Assembly (NCBI GenBank): GCA_016793925.1
Contig: JAEULH010000068.1
Span: forward strand, 40,483-104,482
Direction of reading: 5' to 3'
Source of the DNA: Rhodospirillales bacterium
Lineage (GTDB): Bacteria; Pseudomonadota; Alphaproteobacteria; Rhodospirillales; Defluviicoccaceae
DNA: 64,000 nucleotides
In this document: piece after piece, positions 8,404-15,733 of the stretch
Position numbering within the stretch: the stretch's first letter is position 1
How the letters are laid out: each line of letters begins with the position of its first letter
Position numbers and translations under genes: made by a program
Notes under the pieces: generated by a model
Told to the model about the DNA's origin: nothing
Database searches by the model: none
Seen by the model: only the letters and a program-made list of their open reading frames with translations

Positions 8404-8673
8404 ATGTCGTATAACGCAAATGATCTGAGCGTCCTGGCCTACGCCAACGGGTTTACGCTGTGGCACTACCGGACGACCGACGTCGCGAGTTCTGTGGATA
8501 ATCAAGGTTACTTCGACGAAGCGGGCGATGTGTTCCGGAGCGGCGATATGATCCTGGCCAACACCGGCACGGGCGGCACCTCCGCGGCCGGCCTGTTCCT
8601 GGTGAGCAGCGCCGCCGCCGGCATGGTCGATGTCGCCGACCTTCTCGCGGTCGGCACCACGAACACCGATTGA
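8404..8673 (+). CDS. small head-associated phage protein (89 aa; possible decoration/cement protein)
   Basis: Immediately follows the capsid gene. The motif NDLSVLAYANGFTLWHYRT recurs in similar prophage modules in my memory. Function is unverified. Confidence 0.55.
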   Translation: MSYNANDLSVLAYANGFTLWHYRTTDVASSVDNQGYFDEAGDVFRSGDMILANTGTGGTSAAGLFLVSSAAAGMVDVADLLAVGTTNTD

Positions 8674-8819
8674 CGCTTCAATCGCTTGGTCCCCGCAGGC
8701 GCTGTTGAAGCGAATACGCGAACGCGAAGAGCGCGTCTGTCCATTGGCGCCTTCCTGCCGAAGCTGACAAGAAGCCTTTCGCTTCCACCCCTCGCGATGT
8801 TTCGAGAGGATCGCCAGTC

Positions 8820-9388
8820 ATGGCTATGAGCCGGATCGATTTGTGCTCGCGCGCACTTCTCAAGATCGGGGCCAACGTTATCAGTTCGCTTGACGAAAGA
8901 ACTGCCGAAGCCGATGTCGCCAACAATCTTTACGACTATATTTGCGACGCCCTTCTGTCGGCACACCCTGGCACTTTTGTACCACGCAACGGAAACTTGC
9001 CGCACTCTCTGAGGAAGCCGTTGTTGATCACGAGAACATGTTCGCGCTCCCGGCCGATTGCCTCCGCGTGTTGTCGGCGGGTCCCAGCGGCAGCGGCGCC
9101 GGCCTCGTCTACCGGCTGTTCAACGGAAAGCTTCATGCGGATGCTGCGGAGGTCACGCTGACCTACATTTATCGCGCTTCAGAGACCGATTTCCCGCCCT
9201 TCTTCGACAAGGTTCTGATCGCGCACCTGGCCGCGGAATTTTGCATTCCGCTCACCGACAGCACGTCGCGTTGGGAAAGCCTCCGGAAGGCAGCGGAAGA
9301 CGAACTGAAACAGGCCAAACTGATCAACGCGCAGGAAGTGACACCGGCCTGCATCGACGATTTCGTGCTTGTGGAGACTCGCTACTGA
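8820..9388 (+). pseudogene. head-tail adaptor (T7 gp11-size) interrupted by a -1 frame change near 8966-8971
   Basis: The N-terminal 50 aa (MAMSRIDLCSRALLKIGANVISSLDERTAEADVANNLYDYICDALLSAHP) are in frame 0. The continuation WHFCTTQRKLAALSEEAVVDHENMFALPADCL... runs to 9388 in the frame of track ORF 8942. The join lies at a CCC run. Confidence 0.6.
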
Positions 9389-11286
9389 TGGCTCGGGTGA
9401 GAGTAGCCAGGACCAACTTTTCCGCCGGCGAAGTTTCCTCCCGTCTCCTCGGCCGCACCGACTTGCGGGCCTTCGAGAACGGCGCCGCCCTGTTGCGAAA
9501 CGTCATCATCCACCCGACGGGAGGCGTCAGCCGCCGTCCCGGTTTGCGCTTCATCGACGTCGCGAAAGGGCCGGGCCGTCTTGTTGCAGCCGAATTCAAG
9601 AGCGGCGAAGTCTACCTCCTTGTCTTCTCCCACTTCGCCGTCGACGTCTACCGCGACGACGTCAGGATAGCCGGAGCTGCCACCCCGTGGACGCTCGCTC
9701 AACTGGCTCAACTGAACTGGGTGCAGACCACGGATTCGCTCCTGGTCGTCCATCCCGATGTGCCGCCCCAGGAAATCACACGACGTGACGCAACCAACTG
9801 GATCATCGCGGAGTGGAGCTTTTCCGAGAAAGGCGGACGAAAGCTTATCCCGCACCGCAAGATCGCCCCGGAGCAGACGACGCTGAACCCAAGTGGCACA
9901 AGCGGGAACATCGCAATCCTCGCGTCGGACGAGGTCTTCGCGCCCGATCACGTGGGCATTCGGCTTCGCTTGAACAACCGCGAGGTCGCCGTTACCGAGG
10001 TCGTATCCGCAACCGAGATCCGCGCCGACGTAAAGCAATCGCTGACTTCCACGCAGCCAACCGAAGACTGGACCGAGGAAGCCTTTTCGGCGGTGCGCGG
10101 TTGGCCTGCAGCCGTTTGTTTCCATCAGGATCGCCTTGTTATCGGCGGCTCCAGGGATCTGCCCAATCGCCTGTGGTTGTCAAGAACGGCGCGTCTGTTC
10201 GACTTCGATATGGGCGACGGCCTCGACGACGAGGCCATGGAGTTTGCGATCCTCTCCGATCGCGTCAGCGCCATTCGGGCGGTGTTCTCCGGTCGACATC
10301 TTCAGGTTTTCACGTCCGGCGCCGAGTGGATGGTGAGCGGCGAGCCGCTGACCCCAAGCAACATTCAGCTTCATCGGCAGACACGTATTGGCTCCATTGC
10401 AGCGCGCACGGTGCCGCCGAAAGATGTCGACGGCGCGACGGTGTTTGTCGCGCGCTCCGGAAAGCAGATCCGCGAGTTTCTGTTCACCGATACCGAGCAG
10501 GCCTATCAGGCCAATGATCTGGCGTTGCTATCGGATCATCTGATCGAAGAACCGGTCGACATGGATCTTGATCAGGTCGAGCGGCTTCTGCACGTGGTCA
10601 TGGCCGACGGCACGATGGCGACGTTGACCGTTTACCGCAACGAGCAGGTCAGCGCCTGGACTTTGCAGGAAACCGCCGGTGCGTTCCGCTCGGTCGCCGC
10701 GGTCGGCAAGGAAACGTTCGTTCTCGTCGAACGGGTTGGCGGCATCTTCATTGAGGCCTTTGACAGTCGGCTCAGCGTCGATGCCGGTATCCTTGCTTCG
10801 GCATCCACCGCTCAGGCAACCTGGGGTGGCCTGAACCATCTCGACGGTCTCGAAGTAAAGATTGTCGCGGACGGCGCGGTGCACCCCGACGTCGTGGTTT
10901 CCCTGGGCAGCATTATGCTGTCCGCGGAGGCGTGCGAAATCTCCGCCGGCCTCGCGTTCACGCATGTCATCGAGCCGTTGCCGGCGGTGATGCCAGGCAC
11001 GGATGGCGGGGGACTGGGGCGCCGGGTCAGACCCGTTGCCCTTACATTTCGCTTCCTCGAAACGGCAGCTCTGTACATCGACACCGGCCGCGGCATCGTC
11101 GACCACCCTTTTCCTCGACGCGGCACAAGCCCGCTCGGTACCCAGGCTGCTTCGTTCACCGGCGATCAATGCCTGCGCGCCTACGGATGGCGTGGCGACC
11201 TGAGCAGAAGCGTTTGGCGGATTGCACAAAGTGAACCGCTTCCCTTCACGCTGCTGTCGGTCACGACAGAGATGAGCGCCAATTAA
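9388..11286 (+). CDS. tail tubular/nozzle protein (T7 gp12-like by size and position)
   Basis: The ATG at 9388 overlaps the upstream TGA. The 633-aa ORF begins MARVRVARTNFSAGEVSSRLLGRTDLRAFENGA and follows the adaptor gene as in T7. Confidence 0.65.
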   Translation: MARVRVARTNFSAGEVSSRLLGRTDLRAFENGAALLRNVIIHPTGGVSRRPGLRFIDVAKGPGRLVAAEFKSGEVYLLVFSHFAVDVYRDDVRIAGAATPWTLAQLAQLNWVQTTDSLLVVHPDVPPQEITRRDATNWIIAEWSFSEKGGRKLIPHRKIAPEQTTLNPSGTSGNIAILASDEVFAPDHVGIRLRLNNREVAVTEVVSATEIRADVKQSLTSTQPTEDWTEEAFSAVRGWPAAVCFHQDRLVIGGSRDLPNRLWLSRTARLFDFDMGDGLDDEAMEFAILSDRVSAIRAVFSGRHLQVFTSGAEWMVSGEPLTPSNIQLHRQTRIGSIAARTVPPKDVDGATVFVARSGKQIREFLFTDTEQAYQANDLALLSDHLIEEPVDMDLDQVERLLHVVMADGTMATLTVYRNEQVSAWTLQETAGAFRSVAAVGKETFVLVERVGGIFIEAFDSRLSVDAGILASASTAQATWGGLNHLDGLEVKIVADGAVHPDVVVSLGSIMLSAEACEISAGLAFTHVIEPLPAVMPGTDGGGLGRRVRPVALTFRFLETAALYIDTGRGIVDHPFPRRGTSPLGTQAASFTGDQCLRAYGWRGDLSRSVWRIAQSEPLPFTLLSVTTEMSAN

Positions 11287-11388
11287 GGTTGCGCCGCCCG
11301 GCGACCGCGCCGCGGACGCGTCATCAAGTTCCGCCGCACTCCGCCAGCCAGCGGTTACAGCATCCCGCCACACATAGGAGTTTGCAAG

Positions 11389-11838
11389 ATGGGGGGCTTC
11401 GTCCCAGCCGCAGCGCTGAGCGCCGTGCAGATGAGCATCAGCGCCGCGCAACAGGAACGTCAAGCGGATGCCGCACGGGGCGCCGCGAAAGCAGAAGCCA
11501 GGTCGAAAATTGCGCAGATCAATGCGGCGAAAGCCGCCGAGGATCGCTTGCGGAACGAACGGCTGCGGCGCGCCCAGGCGAGTCAACGGGCCCAGTTCGG
11601 CTCTGCGGGCATTGCTTCCGGAGGATCGGCGCAAGCCGTGCTCGCCGGGTTGTCCAAGGAAGCGGCGCTGACGGCGGCCGAGCAAAACCGCCTGAACGCG
11701 CTTCGCATCGGCCAGATCAACCAGCAGCTCGACTGGCAGCGTCGCAAGAACCTGCTCGAGCTTTCGAACTACAAGTCAACGGCGGCGTTTGACCTGATGA
11801 AGCAGTCAGCGAGCAACGCCAACCTGTTGTCAAATTGA
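11389..11838 (+). CDS. Ala/Gln/Arg-rich coiled-coil phage protein (T7 gp13-size internal/assembly protein candidate)
   Basis: 149-aa ORF preceded by TAGGAG. Called on position after the nozzle gene. Confidence 0.5.
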   Translation: MGGFVPAAALSAVQMSISAAQQERQADAARGAAKAEARSKIAQINAAKAAEDRLRNERLRRAQASQRAQFGSAGIASGGSAQAVLAGLSKEAALTAAEQNRLNALRIGQINQQLDWQRRKNLLELSNYKSTAAFDLMKQSASNANLLSN

Positions 11839-11871
11839 TCCCAATCATATTAGAGCAAAGAGAACTGAATC

Positions 11872-12078
11872 ATGACGGACACAAAGCCGTGGTTTTTGTC
11901 GAAGGGTTTTGTTGGACCTCTGATCGCTGTTGTTGCAATAGCGCTGGAAAACATGGATATCATCGCACTCGACTCTAACAGTGTATCAGACATCGTCTTT
12001 CAAATGATCGCTCTCGCCGGAGCCGCGTTTGGAATGATCGGTCGTGCAGTGGCTGACAAGCGCCTGACGAAGATGTAG
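11872..12078 (+). CDS. putative class II holin (68 aa, two predicted TM helices, basic C-terminus)
   Basis: Hydrophobic stretches GFVGPLIAVVAIAL and IVFQMIALAGAAFGMIG, with a tail RAVADKRLTKM. It occupies the T7 gp17.5 position. Local GC is low. Confidence 0.5.
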   Translation: MTDTKPWFLSKGFVGPLIAVVAIALENMDIIALDSNSVSDIVFQMIALAGAAFGMIGRAVADKRLTKM

Positions 12079-12106
12079 CGGCGGCGCCATTCGAAAGCAC
12101 GATCTC

Positions 12107-12637
12107 ATGTCCATTGACCTTGAAAAGCGAATCGATCGCCTGGAGGCCGTTCAGGACCGCGTCTTCGGCAAACTGGATGAACTGCACGTCGAGTTTGTCA
12201 CGCTCTCGTCCAAAGTGGGCAACGGACTGGTGATGTCGTCCCAGGCCCATGGCTGCGAAATAGAGCAACTCAAAGCGGCGCACAAAATCCTTTCGGACGA
12301 AGTAGTACTTCGGTCGAAGGAGTTTGAGGTCAGGCATGTTCGCTTGGCTGCAGATCTCAAGCTGCTTGAAAGCAACATCATGAAGGACTTTGAGCAGCTC
12401 AAGCTTGCAATTCCCCAGGAGATACGGGCAGAAGGCACCGCGTTCATCGAAAACCTGCGCAAGCATCGAGAAGAAGAACGTCTGGAGCGTCTCGCCATCG
12501 AAAGAGAACGACGGGCAGAAATTGCCAAGCTCGCTGTAGAGCGAAAGATTTATATCATTCTCGGCGCCATAGCTATAACTCTCGGTGCACCTCTGATTAT
12601 CCGTGCGATTGACAGCATTTTAAGCAAACTTTCGTAG
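12107..12637 (+). CDS. coiled-coil protein with a single C-terminal TM anchor (176 aa), function unknown
   Basis: Heptad-rich, charged N-terminal ~150 aa followed by IYIILGAIAITLGAPLIIRAI. GC is lower than in the flanks. Confidence 0.55.
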   Translation: MSIDLEKRIDRLEAVQDRVFGKLDELHVEFVTLSSKVGNGLVMSSQAHGCEIEQLKAAHKILSDEVVLRSKEFEVRHVRLAADLKLLESNIMKDFEQLKLAIPQEIRAEGTAFIENLRKHREEERLERLAIERERRAEIAKLAVERKIYIILGAIAITLGAPLIIRAIDSILSKLS

Positions 12638-12641
12638 CACA

Positions 12642-12974
12642 ATGAAGGAGAATAGCTTCGCAAGACGCTCCGATGTTGTCTTGGTCGAAAAAGATGCACC
12701 CCGAAAGTCTTACACTGCCGACATCAGCGCTGATCTCCCCCTTCTGCTACATCATGCCTATCAGGCCTATCGCACCCGCGTTCTGGCGGGATTTCCCGCC
12801 GATGCAAAGGAATTCACCAGCGCGCAGGCGGCATGTCGAGCGGCGCTCGCTCACGTCATGCTGCTGCTGAGGCTCGAAGAGCGGGTTGCGAGGATCCAGT
12901 GCGGTCGCACCTTTGAAGAAGTCGACGGCCTGCAGGAATTGATTGCGCAGGCCCGCGTCGCTCTCGACCAATGA
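12642..12974 (+). CDS. hypothetical soluble helical protein (110 aa); small-terminase position in the T7 order
   Basis: Track ORF. Position-only inference. Confidence 0.4.
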   Translation: MKENSFARRSDVVLVEKDAPRKSYTADISADLPLLLHHAYQAYRTRVLAGFPADAKEFTSAQAACRAALAHVMLLLRLEERVARIQCGRTFEEVDGLQELIAQARVALDQ

Positions 12975-13010
12975 AGTTCCGAATGTTTTTTAATAAGATC
13001 GGTGTAAGAA

Positions 13011-13358
13011 ATGCCGCGCTATTTGTTTTTATGTGTCGGTTTATTCCTTCCGGCAATTTTCGTTGCCGGGTGTTCGACCGCTGAAAAGGCTCGCAGCTTC
13101 GCCGACGCAGCGGTGGCGGTGCAGCAAGAGCTCGGCCTGGAGGCGCTACGTCAAGCTGAGATCGAGCGACAGAGGCTGCGCAGTGCGCGCTGCTATAGCC
13201 CGGCGCTAACGCCGGCGGCTGTAAGCGCCGCTGCGGAGGACGCTGAGCTTGGTCAGGACTGGGTCGAGGAACTGCTGCGCGACTGCCCGCAGTTCTCGAC
13301 ATTTGTGTCAAACCTCGTCGTCAGCAGGGCCGCCAGCGTCGGCATGACGCTTCCGTAG
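13011..13358 (+). CDS. putative lipoprotein (115 aa); o-spanin position in the T7 order
   Basis: Signal peptide plus lipobox: MPRYLFLCVGLFLPAIFVAGC. Confidence 0.6.
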   Translation: MPRYLFLCVGLFLPAIFVAGCSTAEKARSFADAAVAVQQELGLEALRQAEIERQRLRSARCYSPALTPAAVSAAAEDAELGQDWVEELLRDCPQFSTFVSNLVVSRAASVGMTLP

Positions 13359-13366
13359 GCGCGTCC

Positions 13367-14902
13367 ATGCCAGAGGACCTCGTTCACCCGGCACGCGCTT
13401 CGAGCGCGTGCCGAGCGACGTTTTCCGAATTCATATGGATCTGGAACCACTCGCAGGACATGCCGACGCCAGATGTGCATCTACGAATGGCGCGGTGGCT
13501 GTTCGAGCGTTGGTCAAGCGGCGACCGCGAACTGCTGCTCTTGGCCTTTCGCAGCTCCGGCAAGTCAACGCTGGTCGGTTTGTTCTGCGCCTGGCTGCTG
13601 CTTCAGGACGCAAACCTTCGGATCCTGGTTCTTGCCGGCGACCTTCCCCTGGCGAAGAAGATGGTGAGGAACGTCCGGCGGTTGATCGAAAGCCATCCGC
13701 TAACCGGCGGGCTGCGAGCGCGTCGCTCCGATCAGTGGGCGGGGGACCAGTTTACGGTCGTTCGTCGTTTGGAACTGCGCGATCCGTCCATGCTCGCCAA
13801 GGGCATTTCTGCCAACATTACCGGCCTGCGGGCCGATGCCATCGTCTACGACGACGTGGAGGTGCCAAAAACATCGGATACGCCTGATAAAAGGGAGGCT
13901 CTGCGCGAACGCCTACGTGAAGCGGAATTTGTTCTTACGCCGGGAGGCCTGAGGCTATACATTGGCACGCCCCACACATATTATAGTATCTATAACATAG
14001 AATTGAACGGAGAACTGGGCGAAAGCGAAGCATTTCTTTCCGGCTACAAGCGTCTTGAAATCCCGATTCTGGACCATCGCCAGCAGAGCGCTTGGCCCGA
14101 GCGGTTCTCGCTCGATCGCATCGGCGACATGCTGTCAAAGGCGGGTCCGGCGAAATTCGAAAGCCAAATGCTGCTCAAGGCACGCCCGCCTTCCGATTTG
14201 CGGCTCGATCCGGAGCGGCTGCGCGTCTACCACGACGACCTGATCTACAGCGAGAGCAACAGGACGGCGAGCCTCACGCTCGGCGGCCGACGCCTTGTTT
14301 CGGCCTCGTGCTGGTGGGATCCGGCCTACGGCGCGCCGGAAAAAGGCGATGCCAATGCCGTTGCGGCGGTCTTTACCGATGAAACCGGGGGCTACTGGCT
14401 GCACAGGGTCCAGTATCTGACCCACGACGTCCGATTGCTCGACAACGTCGACGAAGCGACGCAGTTGTGCCGTCAGGTGGCGTCGCTCCTTCGTGATTTG
14501 CATCTGCCGGCTATCGTCGTGGAGACCAACGGCATCGGCCGCTTTCTTGCCGGGTTGTTACGACAGCAAATCGGATGGGCCGGCCTGCGCTGTTCGGTTC
14601 TGGAGCAAGTCTCTCGGACGAACAAAGACCTGCGCATCCTGGAGGCGTTCGATGCTGTTCTCGCAGCCCGGCGCCTCTCCGTTCATGACAGCGTCTTGCG
14701 TTCGCCCTTCATTCAGGAAATGCGCGAGTGGCGGCCTGGCGCGCGACGCTGCCGTGACGACGGACTCGATGCGGTTGCCGGGTGCTTGCTGAGTGAACCG
14801 GTTCGTCTGCCGCGCTTGGCGGCGGCGCCGCCGCGCGAAGTGAGCCGGGGCGCTTGGCGCGGCTTCGGACCCTTTCGGGCTGAAGGCGATTTTTCGCCGT
14901 AG
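13367..14902 (+). CDS. terminase large subunit (T7 gp19-like)
   Basis: Walker A-like LAFRSSGKSTLV, Walker B-like ADAIVYDDVE, and a nuclease-type C-terminal half. It is the last gene of the module, as in T7. Confidence 0.85.
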   Translation: MPEDLVHPARASSACRATFSEFIWIWNHSQDMPTPDVHLRMARWLFERWSSGDRELLLLAFRSSGKSTLVGLFCAWLLLQDANLRILVLAGDLPLAKKMVRNVRRLIESHPLTGGLRARRSDQWAGDQFTVVRRLELRDPSMLAKGISANITGLRADAIVYDDVEVPKTSDTPDKREALRERLREAEFVLTPGGLRLYIGTPHTYYSIYNIELNGELGESEAFLSGYKRLEIPILDHRQQSAWPERFSLDRIGDMLSKAGPAKFESQMLLKARPPSDLRLDPERLRVYHDDLIYSESNRTASLTLGGRRLVSASCWWDPAYGAPEKGDANAVAAVFTDETGGYWLHRVQYLTHDVRLLDNVDEATQLCRQVASLLRDLHLPAIVVETNGIGRFLAGLLRQQIGWAGLRCSVLEQVSRTNKDLRILEAFDAVLAARRLSVHDSVLRSPFIQEMREWRPGARRCRDDGLDAVAGCLLSEPVRLPRLAAAPPREVSRGAWRGFGPFRAEGDFSP

Positions 14903-15134
14903 CGGCAGATGATTGCCCGATGCCGAGCAAAACTTGTGGTTCTTCTACTTTCGGTAGACGACTGCCTGGCAAAAACAGCAACATTTAGGAAACATACGAT
15001 ATATAGTGATACCGACGCTCATCGGGTGTATACATAGCGTTGAAGCGGCGGTGGCGGCTCAGGTGGCAGCCTCGAAAAGTGCCCAAGGCTGAGAATTGGC
15101 CACTGCTGCAATTCGGCAAACGCAGGACGCACCG

Positions 15135-15497
15135 ATGAGCAGCAGCGATTGGACACCTGAGCGTATAGCGGCGCTGATTGCCCTGTGGAACGAAGAGCTC
15201 CCCACCAGCGAGATTGGCCGGCGGCTGTGCATCACGAAGAATGCCGTCATCGGCAAGGTGCATCGGCTGGGGTTGCCCAAGCGACGATTGCCTCCGGAGA
15301 AGCCGGAAGCCGCTCAGGTCGTACGCCTTGGCGAGTTGCGCTCGGGGATGTGCAGTTGGCCGTTGGGCAACCCAGGGGACGACTCGTTCCACTTCTGTGG
15401 TGCCGAGACGATGACCGGAAAGCCTTACTGCAGCAGGCACTGCGACGTGGCCTATGTGAAAACCGCCAAGGATCGAGGCAAGACCACCGCCGCGTAG
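15135..15497 (+). CDS. short GcrA-family cell-cycle regulator homologue
   Basis: N-terminus WTPERIAALIALWNEELPTSEIGRRLCITKNAVIGKVHRLGLPKR and C-terminus CSWPLGNPGDDSFHFCGAETMTGKPYCSRH match GcrA family hallmarks. Alternative upstream start at 15096. Confidence 0.8.
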   Translation: MSSSDWTPERIAALIALWNEELPTSEIGRRLCITKNAVIGKVHRLGLPKRRLPPEKPEAAQVVRLGELRSGMCSWPLGNPGDDSFHFCGAETMTGKPYCSRHCDVAYVKTAKDRGKTTAA

Positions 15498-15733
15498 AAG
15501 CGCCGTCGACCTGCACTGGCGATCCGTTTACGCTCATACTTTACTGATTACGATTAAAAAGCGGCTGTGAGCCGACGTCAATAACATGACGTCCGGCTGC
15601 ACGGCCTTTGGCGCTTGTTGTACTACAATTAAACTGCGGAATTCTGCCGTTTCTTGACCAGAAAGAGGAGCGCCTATTCAACAATTATTGTGTGCTGTTT
15701 TTTCGACCGATTTTCAGAGAGGCTTTTATATTC

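Larger units (their letters stand above)
2653..15500. mobile_element. T7-supergroup podovirus-derived late-gene island (cryptic prophage remnant or domesticated particle locus); boundaries approximate
   Basis: Contiguous phage structural and packaging genes in T7 gene order, plus an S24 repressor and a GcrA-like gene. AT-rich intergenic islands stand out against GC-rich core flanks. No integrase, tRNA or flanking direct repeat was seen. Confidence 0.75.
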
